The notes beneath the pieces are model-generated. The model had not been told where the DNA came from. It saw only the letters and a program-made list of their open reading frames with translations, and did not search any database. Of a stretch of DNA of 64,000 nucleotides, positions 46,199 to 56,355 are shown piece by piece. Within the stretch, counting starts at the first letter, position 1. Every line of letters begins with the position of its first letter. The position numbers and the translations under genes are program-made. Source of the DNA: Alphaproteobacteria bacterium (GTDB taxonomy: Bacteria > Pseudomonadota > Alphaproteobacteria > UBA828). The stretch lies in assembly GCA_963422645.2 (NCBI GenBank), contig CAXXVO010000011.1, positions 27,893 through 91,892 of the forward strand, read 5' to 3'.

Positions 46199-47350
46199 CT
46201 ACTGTACCCCCAATGTGTCGCTGCGCTCCCCGCCGATCCAGGTGGCGCAGACGTGGAGGTCATCGTCGAGCCAGACCAGATCGGCGTGGAGCCCCGGCGC
46301 AAGCCGGCCCCGGCTCTGGGCAAGCCCGAGAAAATCCGCCGGATAGGCGGCGGCCATGGCCAGGGCCTCTTCGAGCGGGATGCCGGCGTGGGCGACGCAG
46401 TTCCTCACAGCCTGCCCCATATCCAGAAGCGAGCCGGCGAGCCGGCCGTCGGCCGTGCGCAGGCAGCCCTCCACCGCACGCACGCACTCACCGCCCAGGC
46501 TGAATTCGTCGAGGGCAGGTGCACCGACGGGCGCCATCGCGTCGGTGACCAGAAACAACTTGCCGCGGGGTTTCGCTCGCCATGCGAGACGGACCACGTC
46601 CCAATGCACGTGGACGCCATCGACGATGATGCTGCAGGCGAGGTGGTCGCGTGTGAGCGCCTCACCGGCAGAGCCCAGCTCGCGGTGGCCGAGGGGGCTC
46701 ATGGCATTGAACAGGTGGGTCACGCCGCTCAGCTTCGGTGCCGCCATATGGAAGGCATGGGCGTCGGCCTCGGTGTGGCCGGCGGCGACGATGACGCCGC
46801 GCTCCGCAAGCGTGGTGATGTGGTCGAGCTCCACGCACTCCGGCGCAAGCGTGACGAGGGTCCGCCCCGCGCCGAGCGAGGCGAGCAGGTCGATGTCGTC
46901 GTCGCCCAGCGGTGCGATTGCGCGTGGGTCGTGGGCCCCGCGCCGCGCCAGGTTGATGTGGGGACCTTCGAAGTGAATGCCCAGAACCCCCGGCACGGCC
47001 CGATCGAGCGCCCCCCGCACCGCTTCAACCGCCCGGACCATGTCGTCGCGCGGGCCGGAAATGAAGGTCGGCAGGAAAGCGGTGGTGCCTGAGGCGCGAT
47101 GGGACCGGCCGATCGTGGCAATGGTCGCTGCTGTCGGTGCGTCGTTGAACATCACGCCGCCGCCGCCATTGACCTGGAGGTCGATGAACCCGGCGGCGAG
47201 CGTGCCCCCCGCGAGCCGCGTGATGCGCGCTTCAGCGGGGATCGCGTCCTCCGCCACGATGTCGCGGATGGTGCCGCGCTCCAGCAGCAGGGCGCGGCCG
47301 GAGACGAAACCTTCCGGCGTGTGCAGCCGGGCACCGGTCAGGGCTTCCAT
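46199..47350 (-). CDS. nagA: N-acetylglucosamine-6-phosphate deacetylase
   Basis: 383 aa with GFIDLQVNGGGG, HFEGP, AGHT and THLFNAM motifs. Confidence 0.9.
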   Translation of the reverse strand: MEALTGARLHTPEGFVSGRALLLERGTIRDIVAEDAIPAEARITRLAGGTLAAGFIDLQVNGGGGVMFNDAPTAATIATIGRSHRASGTTAFLPTFISGPRDDMVRAVEAVRGALDRAVPGVLGIHFEGPHINLARRGAHDPRAIAPLGDDDIDLLASLGAGRTLVTLAPECVELDHITTLAERGVIVAAGHTEADAHAFHMAAPKLSGVTHLFNAMSPLGHRELGSAGEALTRDHLACSIIVDGVHVHWDVVRLAWRAKPRGKLFLVTDAMAPVGAPALDEFSLGGECVRAVEGCLRTADGRLAGSLLDMGQAVRNCVAHAGIPLEEALAMAAAYPADFLGLAQSRGRLAPGLHADLVWLDDDLHVCATWIGGERSDTLGVQ

Positions 47351-47443
47351 CGGCTCTCTAGCAGCCTCTGCCGGGAAACGGGTTCGCCGGCGCGAGGCGG
47401 AATGTTAGTGTCGGTGCGAAGATCACGGAACCGGGTGTAAGCC

Positions 47444-48436
47444 ATGCTGCGCGCTGCCTCAATCGGGATGGGCTGGTGGTCCGACGAGCTTGCGGACGCC
47501 GCACAGGGAAAATCCGATGCAATCCGCATTGTGACCTGCTTCTCCCGGTCGGAACAAAAGCGCGCAGCCTTTGCCGAAAAATACGGCACCGCCCAGCACG
47601 AGTCCTACGAGGCGGTGCTCGCCGATGACTCGATCGACGCGGTCATCCTGACCACGCCGCATTCGATCCATGCCGAGCAGGTGATTGCGGCGGCGGCGGC
47701 CGGCAAGCACGTCTTCTGCGAGAAGCCCTTCACGCTGACCCGTGCAAGCGCGCAGGAGGCCGTGGATGCCTGTGCCGAAGCCGGCGTGGTGCTCGCGGTC
47801 GGGCAGAACCGGCGCTGGCACAGCGCCACCCGCACGCTGAAGGCGATGCTGAGCGCGGGCGACTTCGGCACGGTCCTCCATGCCGAGGCGAACTTCTCAG
47901 TGCCGAGCGCGCTCAGCTACAAGACGGGACAATGGCGCGTCAACCGGATCGAAAGCCCGGCCGGCTCGATCACCGGGCTCGGCATCCACATGATCGATGC
48001 CCTCGTCTATCTGCTGGGGCCCATCGCGCGAGTGGCGGCGCAGGCCCACCGGCGCGCGGTGCCAGTCGATATCGACGACACGACCTCGGTGCTTTTCCTC
48101 TTCGAGTCAGGAGTCTCGGGCTACCTCGGCACCATGTTCGCCTGCCCCCACGCCTCGTACATCAACGTCTACGGCACCGGCGGCAACGCCTTTGCGCAGA
48201 TCGACAACAGCCAGCTCATTCTCCAATCGGCGGACGGGGTCAGGCGCGACGAGCCGATCGAGCCGCTGGATACGCTCAGGCTGGAGCTCGACGAGTTCGC
48301 TGCAGCCTGTGCCGGCGAGGCGCAATTCACGGTTCCGCCAGAGGACGCCGTACACGGCATTGCCGTGATGGAGGCCCTGGTCGAGGCCGCGGCCACCGGC
48401 CAGTGGGTGGAGGTCGCCGGCGGGGGCGGGGCGTGA
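47444..48436 (+). CDS. Gfo/Idh/MocA-family NAD(P)-dependent oxidoreductase
   Basis: 330 aa with an N-terminal Rossmann segment and the EKP motif (VFCEKPF). Confidence 0.85.
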   Translation: MLRAASIGMGWWSDELADAAQGKSDAIRIVTCFSRSEQKRAAFAEKYGTAQHESYEAVLADDSIDAVILTTPHSIHAEQVIAAAAAGKHVFCEKPFTLTRASAQEAVDACAEAGVVLAVGQNRRWHSATRTLKAMLSAGDFGTVLHAEANFSVPSALSYKTGQWRVNRIESPAGSITGLGIHMIDALVYLLGPIARVAAQAHRRAVPVDIDDTTSVLFLFESGVSGYLGTMFACPHASYINVYGTGGNAFAQIDNSQLILQSADGVRRDEPIEPLDTLRLELDEFAAACAGEAQFTVPPEDAVHGIAVMEALVEAAATGQWVEVAGGGGA

Positions 48437-49437
48437 GCGCGCGTCACACCTTCTTCTGCATCGACGGCCACACCTGCGGCAATCCCGTGCGCGTGGTGGC
48501 GGGCGGCGGGCCGACGCTCTCGGGCGCCACCATGAGCGAGCGGCGCCAGCACTTCCTCCGCGACTACGACTGGATCCGCCGGGCGCTGATGTTCGAGCCC
48601 CGCGGCCACGACCTGATGTCAGGCGCGGTGCTCTATCCTGCGCTCTCGCCCGATGCCGATATCGCGCTGCTCTTCGTCGAGACCTCGGGCTGCCTGCCGA
48701 TGTGCGGCCACGGCACCATCGGCACCGTGACCATCGCGCTCGAACACGGCCTCGTCGCGCCGCGTGACGAGGGCACGTTGGTGCTGGACACGCCGGCGGG
48801 CCGGGTCGAGGCACGCTACCGGCGCAACGGCACGCGCGTCGAAGCCGTGCGCATCACCAACGTGCCGAGCTTCCTGGCGGAGACGGGGGTTGCGGTGGAG
48901 TGCCCCGGTCTCGGTCCTCTCACGGTGGATATTGCCTACGGCGGCAACTTCTACGCGATCGTCGATCCGCAGCCTGGCTATGCCGGGATGGAGGCGTTCT
49001 CGGCGGCCGAGCTGCTGGCGATGAGCTCCGGCCTGCGCGAGGCCTGCAACCGGGTGGTGGAGTGCATCCACCCCGACGATGCGTCAATCGCCGGCGTCAG
49101 CCACGTGATGTGGACCGGCGCGCCGCAAGACCCGAGCGCCCATGCGCGCAACGCGGTCTTCTATGGCTCGGGCGCGCTCGACCGCTCCCCCTGCGGCACC
49201 GGCAGCTCGGCCCGCATGGCGCAGTGGGCGGCCATGGGCAGGCTCGCGCCCGGCGACGAGTTCGTGCATGAGAGCATCATCGGCAGTCTGTTCCGCTGTC
49301 GTGTCGAGAACACGACGAAGGTGGGCAATCACGATGCGATCGTGCCGAGCATCGAGGGCTGGGCGCGCGTCACCGGGCTCAACACCATCTTCGTGGACGA
49401 GGCCGACCCCTTCGCCCACGGATTCCAGGTGACCTAG
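48433..49437 (+). CDS. proline racemase-family enzyme (Cys/Cys type: 4-hydroxyproline 2-epimerase or proline racemase)
   Basis: GTG 48433 overlaps the upstream stop (GTGA). The product begins FFCIDGHTCGNPVRVV and has both catalytic Cys contexts (SGCLPMCGHG and DRSPCGTG). Confidence 0.85.
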   Translation: MSARHTFFCIDGHTCGNPVRVVAGGGPTLSGATMSERRQHFLRDYDWIRRALMFEPRGHDLMSGAVLYPALSPDADIALLFVETSGCLPMCGHGTIGTVTIALEHGLVAPRDEGTLVLDTPAGRVEARYRRNGTRVEAVRITNVPSFLAETGVAVECPGLGPLTVDIAYGGNFYAIVDPQPGYAGMEAFSAAELLAMSSGLREACNRVVECIHPDDASIAGVSHVMWTGAPQDPSAHARNAVFYGSGALDRSPCGTGSSARMAQWAAMGRLAPGDEFVHESIIGSLFRCRVENTTKVGNHDAIVPSIEGWARVTGLNTIFVDEADPFAHGFQVT

Positions 49438-49622
49438 GCCGATACGACCCGAGCATAAGGCAGAGATATATCAATTATGAGAAATCTATATTGGACGGCA
49501 TGCCCAGATCTCGGCAATGTTGGGCTGCTCGGTTGGGTGCTGCGATGGAATGCACCCCGGCCTTGGCGGATAGCGCACGTCGGCACAACGCGTAAGGCGC
49601 GCGTTGAGGGAGACGAGAGAAT

Positions 49623-50378
49623 ATGACCACGTCCGCCAATCGGAAGCCCGAGCGCATCCATCGAGTGCTGGCGCGCTGCATCGCGCCTGCCTTCGCCGTG
49701 CTTGTCACCGGCACCCTCGGCCTGGGGTGCGCGGCTTACGGCGATGCGTCGGACGACGCGTCGTCGGGCCCGCAGTCGAGCGATCCCGCCACCGGTGCCT
49801 CTGCAACCTATTCCGTCACATATAGGGGTGCGTGGACATCGACTGCCACGCCAGGGGGCGTCCCCGATGGTGCGCACTTTTCGCCGCTGATCGGCGGCGT
49901 GCACAATGCCGCCGTGGCGTTCTTGGAGACCGGCGGAACGGCCACAGCGGGCATCGAATCCATGGCGGAGCGCGGTCGCACCGCCACCTTGACGAAAGAA
50001 ATCGAAGCGGCCGGAGCGAATGCGCTGAGCGTGCTGCGCAAGGAGTCGGGCTCCGGCGCAACGGACTCGTCGACCTTCGACTCAGTCGTGCTCACCGCCG
50101 ACCATCCCCACATCACAGTGCTCTCGATGATCGCGCCGAGCCCGGATTGGTTCGTCGGTGTCTTCGGTCTTTCCCTGCTCGATGCCGAGGGCGGCTGGGT
50201 CGAGGCGCTGACGGTGGACCTCCATCCATGGGATGCCGGTACGGAGGAGGGGGACGAGTTCTCGTTCGACAATGCCGCGACCGTGCCGCAGGGCACCATC
50301 ACCAGCCTCCGGGGTGCGAGCATGTTCTCGGATGCGCCGATGGCGACGCTGACCTTCACCCTCCAGTCGGCCGAATAG
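49623..50378 (+). CDS. spondin_N domain lipoprotein
   Basis: 251 aa with a lipobox (LGLGC) and HFSPLIGGVHN and APSPDWFVG motifs typical of the Spondin_N family. Confidence 0.75.
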   Translation: MTTSANRKPERIHRVLARCIAPAFAVLVTGTLGLGCAAYGDASDDASSGPQSSDPATGASATYSVTYRGAWTSTATPGGVPDGAHFSPLIGGVHNAAVAFLETGGTATAGIESMAERGRTATLTKEIEAAGANALSVLRKESGSGATDSSTFDSVVLTADHPHITVLSMIAPSPDWFVGVFGLSLLDAEGGWVEALTVDLHPWDAGTEEGDEFSFDNAATVPQGTITSLRGASMFSDAPMATLTFTLQSAE

Positions 50379-50453
50379 GATGACCGGAACCCCCGCCGCG
50401 GCAACCCAACATAGCGTCGAGCCCTCCACCGACGCGGACCCCGATGGCGCGTC

Positions 50454-50840
50454 ATGAAGCGCCGCTTGCCGCTGCTCGCAGCTCTGCTGCTCGCAATCGC
50501 AATTGCCGCGTCCACGCTGACTCTGGGTTCGCGCGCGTCTGCAGACGAGTACAGCGATGCCATGCTCGAAGGTTTCGCCTCCGCCGCCATCGAGGTCAGC
50601 AAGCGGATTGAGGTTTGGCGGCCTCTCATCGAGAGCGCGGTCGACGAGAACCAGCGCGAGGCCCTGATTGAGGAGGCGCAGGCCGATCTCGCGCGCGCCA
50701 TCGAAGAGACGGAAGGCATCGACGAGGACGAGTACTACGCCATCTACGAGGCCGCGCGGGATGACGAGGCGCTGCGCAGGCGAATAGACGAGATCTTCTC
50801 CGCCTACTTGCAACGCCCGCAGGCCCCTCGCGCCGAGTGA
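50454..50840 (+). CDS. secreted DUF4168-like protein
   Basis: 128 aa with a signal peptide and an acidic helical repeat. It resembles DUF4168 (MLEGFASAAIEVSKRIE). Assignment is by eye only. Confidence 0.5.
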   Translation: MKRRLPLLAALLLAIAIAASTLTLGSRASADEYSDAMLEGFASAAIEVSKRIEVWRPLIESAVDENQREALIEEAQADLARAIEETEGIDEDEYYAIYEAARDDEALRRRIDEIFSAYLQRPQAPRAE

Positions 50841-50865
50841 CCGCGTATCGAGGAACAGAAGGCCG

Positions 50866-52032
50866 ATGAAGATCAGGAGCATCACGGCGCGCTGGGTGCA
50901 CGTGCCGATCCCCAAGGCGCAGCAGCATAAGAGCGACCTCGGCGTCGCCGACTTCTTCGACGCCACCATCGTGCGGGTCGAGTCCGAATGCGGTCTCGTG
51001 GGTTGGGGCGAGGCGAAGGCCTCGGTCGGCAGCATGGGCAACAACGCGGCGCTGGCTGCGCTGATCAACCGCGATCTGGGCCCGGCGCTGATCGGCGAGG
51101 ACCCGCGCAATCCGCGCCGATTGTGGGAGATCGGCTATAGCGGCAGCCGTGCCCATTTCGCGCTGACCCGCGGCCAGGCCTTCCCGGTACTGGACCGTCG
51201 CGGCAGCCGGATCAGCGCCATCGGTGCCATCGACATGGCCTGCTGGGACATCCTGGGCCGCTCCCTCGGGGTGCCCGTGTGGCAGCTGCTCGGCGGCAAG
51301 TGCCGGGATGCCCTGCCGGCTTACGCCTCCGGCGGCTGGGCACCGGCCGAGGCCATCGGCGCGCAGCTGGAAGGCTACATAGCGCGCGGCGGCTTCAGCG
51401 CGGTGAAGATGCGGGTCGGCGCGGGCGACGGCGACGTCATCACCTCGGTGCGCCGGGTCCGGGCCGCGCGCGCGCATCTGGGCTGCGACATCCAGATCAT
51501 GGTGGACGCCCACGGCACCCTTTCGGTCAAGGAGGCGCTCCGTTTCGTGCGGCTGGTGGAGGGTTGCGGTCTCGCCTGGTTCGAGGAACCGGTGAATGTC
51601 GACGACAAGGCCGGCATGGCTACCGTGCGGGCTGCGAGCGACATCCCCATCGCCGCGGGCGAGAGCGAGTTCACCCGCTTCGATTTCCGCGAGCTTCTGG
51701 AGCATCGGGCCGTTGACTACTTCCAGCCCGATCTCGCCATTGCGGGCGGCATTACCGAGGCCATGCGGATCGCAGCGCTGGCCGAGAGCCACGGCATCAA
51801 GCTCGCGCCCCACCTCTGGGGCGGCGCGCTCAACTTCGCGGCCGGGCTCCAGGTCATGGCCGCCTCGCCTGCGGCGGTCATCGCCGAGTACTCCCTCGGC
51901 GCCAACCCGCTGCTCCACGATCTCGCCGAGGAGAATTTCGAGGTGGTCGACGGCATGATCGCCATCCCCGACCGGCCCGGCCTCGGCGTCACCATCGACG
52001 AAGAGTATCTCGCCGCGCACACGGTGGATTAA
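50866..52032 (+). CDS. enolase-superfamily enzyme (mandelate racemase/muconate lactonizing family, acid-sugar dehydratase-like)
   Basis: 388 aa with the KMRVG, MVDAHG, WFEEP and AAGESE metal/base motifs. Confidence 0.88.
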   Translation: MKIRSITARWVHVPIPKAQQHKSDLGVADFFDATIVRVESECGLVGWGEAKASVGSMGNNAALAALINRDLGPALIGEDPRNPRRLWEIGYSGSRAHFALTRGQAFPVLDRRGSRISAIGAIDMACWDILGRSLGVPVWQLLGGKCRDALPAYASGGWAPAEAIGAQLEGYIARGGFSAVKMRVGAGDGDVITSVRRVRAARAHLGCDIQIMVDAHGTLSVKEALRFVRLVEGCGLAWFEEPVNVDDKAGMATVRAASDIPIAAGESEFTRFDFRELLEHRAVDYFQPDLAIAGGITEAMRIAALAESHGIKLAPHLWGGALNFAAGLQVMAASPAAVIAEYSLGANPLLHDLAEENFEVVDGMIAIPDRPGLGVTIDEEYLAAHTVD

Positions 52033-52214
52033 CTCGCAACTCTCACCGGGGTCATGGTCTGCGCGCAGTTCCGGCCTTCTCAGTCGGGCAGCGCCCTATC
52101 GACCACGACCCTGATGAGACGTGAAGGCCACGCTCCCCCATGGTTGACGGACCGGTGCCGGTGACCTCGGTGAGAAATCCGGGGTAGGCTCACCTCCGAA
52201 GGGGAGGCGGAGAC

Positions 52215-52370
52215 ATGACGGACGAACACCAAGCCGCCGGGCATCGCGTGCAAGTGGAGGTGCGGAGCAACGACGACCCCACCTTCGACCTCCGGCCCGC
52301 GCACCAGAGCGTGTTTCACGACGGGGCCCGCCCGTCATTCATCGAACTGCCGGTCATCCGGCGCCGCTGA
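52215..52370 (+). CDS. possible small protein (51 aa)
   Basis: It is not in the ORF track (<60 aa). The ATG follows GGAGGCGGAGAC, and GC3 is high throughout (MTDEHQAAGHRVQVEVRSNDDPTFDLRPAHQSVFHDGARPSFIELPVIRRR). It ends 22 nt before the next gene. Confidence 0.3.
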   Translation: MTDEHQAAGHRVQVEVRSNDDPTFDLRPAHQSVFHDGARPSFIELPVIRRR

Positions 52371-52392
52371 TCGACGAGAGGAGGACCCACCG

Positions 52393-53586
52393 ATGGCCGA
52401 CGATCGCACCTACCTCACGCCCGCGAGCGAAGCCTGGATGAGCGGCCGGCCGGCCTCCGCGGTGGTCAGGGTCGGCGACCTCCTGTTCCTCTCCGGCCAG
52501 GGGAGTTTGACCGACGACGGCCGGGTAGCGGACGCAGGCGACGTCGAGGCCCAGACGCGAAACGCCTTCGCCAGGGTGAGCAAAGTGTTGGAGGCGGCGG
52601 GCGCTGGCATCGACGACGTGCTCGACGTGATGACCTTTCACAAGGACCCGCGCACGATGGACGCTGCCTTCGGCGTCGGCCGCGACGTGTTCACCGCCCC
52701 CTACCCGGCGTGGACCGCGCTCGGCATGGTGGGGGCGCACGATCCCGGCCTCGAGGTCGTCGTACGGGTGGTCGCTCACGCGGGCGCCGGCGAGAAGCAG
52801 GGCGTGACCCCGGCGGGTTTCGGCTGGATGGAGGGACTTCCGCTATCGGCCGCCTGTCGCAAGGGCGATTACCTGTTCACCAGCGGCATCGTGGCCGCCG
52901 CCGATGGTGGGGCGGTGGTGGCGCCCGCCAACCACATGGCGCAGGCGCGCTTCTGCTACGACCGGCTCAAGGACGTGATGCAGGCGGCGGGCGGCTCGCT
53001 CGACGATATCGTCGACATGATCTGCTTCAATCACGACGCCCGCGGCATGGACGCTGCGGTCGATACCTGGTGCAACGAAACCGTCGAGGGGCTCCCCATC
53101 GACGAGGCCACGTCCTACACCGCGATCGGGATGACCGGCCTGCATCGGATAGGCCAGGTCGGCTGCTACCGCGCCATCGCGGACTTCAGCGCTGGCCCCC
53201 GGGTCGCGCACAACCTGCCGAGCATTCACTGGCACGACCAGCGTATCTCGGGTGCAAGCCGCAAGAAGCATGGACGCCTGATCGGCATCTCCGGCCAGGT
53301 CGCTTCGGACGGGCAGCAGAACATCATCGCCCGGGGCGATGTCGCCTCCCAGGCGCATTACTGCTTCGGCCAGATCCGGGGCGTGCTGGAGAAGCACGGC
53401 GCAAGCCTCGACAACATCGTCGAGATCGTCTCCTTCCACAAGGACCCGAGGGCGTGGGAGACCGTGATGGCGGTGGGCAGCGAGTTGTTCGAGCCTGGCC
53501 GCGGCCCGGCCTGGACGCCCGTCGGCTGCACCGGGCTCTACCTCGAAGGCTACCTGCACGAGATCTACGCGATCGCCATGGAGTGA
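52393..53586 (+). CDS. RidA/YjgF-family protein composed of three tandem RidA domains
   Basis: 397 aa. Three ~130-aa units each show the family pattern. The conserved mid motifs are IDDVLDVMTFHKDPRTMD, LDDIVDMICFNHDARGMD and LDNIVEIVSFHKDPRAWE. The C-terminal strands are WTALGMVG...VVVRVVAHA, YTAIGMTG...CYRAIADF and WTPVGCTG...HEIYAIAME. Confidence 0.8.
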   Translation: MADDRTYLTPASEAWMSGRPASAVVRVGDLLFLSGQGSLTDDGRVADAGDVEAQTRNAFARVSKVLEAAGAGIDDVLDVMTFHKDPRTMDAAFGVGRDVFTAPYPAWTALGMVGAHDPGLEVVVRVVAHAGAGEKQGVTPAGFGWMEGLPLSAACRKGDYLFTSGIVAAADGGAVVAPANHMAQARFCYDRLKDVMQAAGGSLDDIVDMICFNHDARGMDAAVDTWCNETVEGLPIDEATSYTAIGMTGLHRIGQVGCYRAIADFSAGPRVAHNLPSIHWHDQRISGASRKKHGRLIGISGQVASDGQQNIIARGDVASQAHYCFGQIRGVLEKHGASLDNIVEIVSFHKDPRAWETVMAVGSELFEPGRGPAWTPVGCTGLYLEGYLHEIYAIAME

Positions 53587-53615
53587 AGGCGCGGACGCCG
53601 GCCAAGGAGAAAGAA

Positions 53616-54005
53616 ATGATCACGCTTCATAATCCGGATACGGTCGTGGCGCCCGCGTCATTCTACAGCCAGGCGGCGGAGGTGGGGCCGGGCAAGCGCT
53701 GGCTCCACATCTCAGGCCAGGTGGGCGCTGCGCCGGACGGGACGCTCCCGGCTGGCTTCGAGACGCAGAGCGATCAGGTCTGGCGCAACATTGAGGCCCT
53801 GCTTGCCGCCGCCGACATGACGATGTCGAACCTGGTGATCGTGCGGGCGCTGCTGGTGGACCGCGCCCACCTCGGGGCTTACCGGGAGATCAGGGACCGC
53901 CACCTGGAGGGCCATCAGGCGGCGTCGACGCTCCTGATCGTGGCCGGCCTTGCCGATGAGCGCTGGCTGATCGAGATCGAGGCGCTGGCCGCCGCCGATA
54001 CCTGA
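53616..54005 (+). CDS. RidA-family protein (single domain)
   Basis: ATG 53616 follows AAGGAGAAAG. The 129-aa product begins MITLHNPDTVVAPASFYSQAAEV and contains ISGQVG, and ends LIEIEALAAA. Confidence 0.85.
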   Translation: MITLHNPDTVVAPASFYSQAAEVGPGKRWLHISGQVGAAPDGTLPAGFETQSDQVWRNIEALLAAADMTMSNLVIVRALLVDRAHLGAYREIRDRHLEGHQAASTLLIVAGLADERWLIEIEALAAADT

Positions 54006-54013
54006 TCGGGCGG

Positions 54014-55207
54014 CTATCGGGCGGCGTCGACCTGATCGCCTGCAGCGGCGCCCGCGCCGTTCTCGGCCGAGGTGATGGCGCATTCGGACTCGCGCCACCA
54101 GAGCTCCTCCAGATTGGTGACATCGACGCCACGGTCCCATATCCGCGCCTTGACCGGGCCGATATCGGTATCGAGGGTCTGGTCGAGATACTTGCCCTTG
54201 TAGATCGTCGCACCGCTGGTGCACGGCAGCGCGTTGACGCCGGGCTCGTCGACGGTGGCACCGCGGGGCGCGAGCCTGATCCGCTCCGCCCGCACCGCGA
54301 CGCAGGCGGGCGCGCCTCTCTCTGCCGGTCCGGTGCCGCTCCAGGCGCCGCTGATCACGTGGCTGCCGATGCGCACGCTGGCCGTGCCCTTCTGTACGCC
54401 CTCGATGGTCCCTTCGAGTAGGTTCTCCACCCCCATGAAGTCCGCGACGAAGCGGGTCGCCGGTCGGTCGAACAGGTCGGTCGGCGGCCCCTCCTGCACG
54501 ATCCGCCCACGCCGCATCAGGATGATCCGGTCGCTCATGGTGAGCGCCTCTTCCTGGCTGTGGGTGACGTAGATGAAGGTGAGGCCGAGCTTCTCGTGGA
54601 GGTCGAGGAGCTCCACCTGCATGTCGACGCGCAGCTTCTCGTCGAGCGCGCCGAGCGGCTCGTCGAGGAGCAGGATGGCGGGTGCCGTCACCAGCGCGCG
54701 GGCCAGCGCCACCCGCTGGCGCTCGCCGCCGGAGAGCTGGTGCACGCGGCGGCCGTACTTGTCCAGGAGCCGCACCAGGGCGAGCGCGTCCTCCGCCCGC
54801 TTGCGGCGCTGGTCCTTGTCGATGCCACGAACGCGGAGCCCGTACTCGACGTTCTGGCCGACCGACATGTGGGGGAAGAGCGCGTAGTGCTGGAATACCG
54901 TCGTGCAGTTGCGCCGCGACGCCGGGATGACCGAGACATCCTCGCCATCGATGGCGATGCGCGCGATCCGGGTGGGGCGCTCGAGCCCGGCGACGATCCT
55001 GAGCAGCGTCGTCTTGCCCGAGCCGCTCTCCCCCAGCAGGGTGAGGAACTCGCCCCGCCGCGCCGTGATCGACACGTCGTCGAGCGCGACCACATCGCCG
55101 AAGCGGTGGGTCGCGTGCTCGACCTGCAGGATCTGATCGCCGCCGGCCCTAGCAGTGCGCGGCGCGGCTGCCTCACTCGTCGCCATGTCGGCCACCTCCG
55201 AAGGCAA
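54014..55207 (-). CDS. ABC transporter ATP-binding protein (PotA/spermidine-putrescine type)
   Basis: 397 aa with Walker A GESGSGKTT, signature LSGGERQRVALARAL, Walker B LLLDEP and a C-terminal TOBE-like domain. The start may be the internal M at 55186. Confidence 0.88.
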   Translation of the reverse strand: MPSEVADMATSEAAAPRTARAGGDQILQVEHATHRFGDVVALDDVSITARRGEFLTLLGESGSGKTTLLRIVAGLERPTRIARIAIDGEDVSVIPASRRNCTTVFQHYALFPHMSVGQNVEYGLRVRGIDKDQRRKRAEDALALVRLLDKYGRRVHQLSGGERQRVALARALVTAPAILLLDEPLGALDEKLRVDMQVELLDLHEKLGLTFIYVTHSQEEALTMSDRIILMRRGRIVQEGPPTDLFDRPATRFVADFMGVENLLEGTIEGVQKGTASVRIGSHVISGAWSGTGPAERGAPACVAVRAERIRLAPRGATVDEPGVNALPCTSGATIYKGKYLDQTLDTDIGPVKARIWDRGVDVTNLEELWWRESECAITSAENGAGAAAGDQVDAAR

Positions 55208-55700
55208 GCTTGATCGAGAGGAAGCTCGGCCCGATGTTCATGATCGTCACCAGTATGCTCTTCGCTTGGATCTGCGGCACGGTCGCGTTGTGCGCGCCCG
55301 ATTGTATCCACAAACGGTGTGGCAGTGTGTCTTGTCCTGCACCCATGAAGATACTGAAGGGCAGCCCGAAGAACGACAGCAAAAGGGTGAAGAAGCCCGC
55401 CGCGCAGATGGCGGCTTCAGGATCGGCACCTCGATCACGCACGCCGCCGACGTGATGAGGGCGAGAACGATCGAAAGCAGCAATGGATCGCCGACCCGGA
55501 CTATGCTGCCATGGGCCACGCCGTCGTGCGTGGTGATGTCAGCGCAGATTGCATCCTCGCACCAAGTGAACGTCCAGTCGCCCCCGGCCTTGTTGGCCTC
55601 CCGCACCGCCGGCTGCCAGCACCGGATGGTGTCCCGCGCGTTCTCGAGCGCCTGCAACCCGTGCTCACGTCGCCGAGGCGCCTGACTCGCTGGGTCCCGC
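55208..55700 (-). pseudogene. decayed remnants of ABC permease (and possibly binding-protein) genes upstream of the ATPase
   Basis: Minus-strand frames give a permease C-terminus-like LWIQSGAHNATVPQIQAKSILVTIMNIGPSFL, preceded by LPFSIFM. No complete ORF remains, and the frames are broken. Confidence 0.4.
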
Positions 55701-56355
55701 CTCCTGCAGATGTGTCAAACCCAATAACCGCTAGTCGTCCCAATGCCCAGTATCAAGTATCCGTGACAACACCCAAAATGTCGTTGACATGGCAATACCG
55801 TGGCCACAGGATTGGCTTTCGATCGCGCAACGCAAGAGCGATCACGCCAACCAGAGCTGCAATTGGCGCAAGAATGGGAGTTTCGCGAGGTTAAGACGGC
55901 ACAGAATAGTCAGCGGCATTGCTTCGCTAACCGAACTGACTACAATGACCAATAGGCACCGTCTCGCGATCATTATACCCCGTACTTGCGGCTGGTGGCG
56001 CTGGGGTCGCGTTATTTGAGAGGCGGATTGACAAGGTATTGGAGGGCTCTGCATCTTGCTGACCCGTAACGAGAAGGCGCCCATTCAGCGAGCATGGCAT
56101 GATGTTCGTTGATGGCCAGCGACTCTGTAAGCGGCAATTCCACGCTAATACCTTGTATGTTAATTAATACGGCATTGGCCCAAATAAAATGCACGCCTCA
56201 GCCACGATGATCCCAGGATCTTCTCAAAGACAATGGGATCGCGAGGGCTTGGACTCTGTATTGTTTGGGATCGATAAAGTGCTTCGGGTGTGGGGACTGC
56301 GCGGCACAATTGAAGCACCGAACATCCGGATGTATACACGAGGTTGGGTGTCTGG

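Noticed and set aside
45395-52020. Long ORFs 45395..47092 (+), 48107..48814 (-), 49808..50719 (-), 50082..51110 (-), 50626..52020 (-)
   Set aside because: They are antisense to nagK/nagA, the proline-racemase-family gene, the spondin_N gene and the enolase-superfamily gene.
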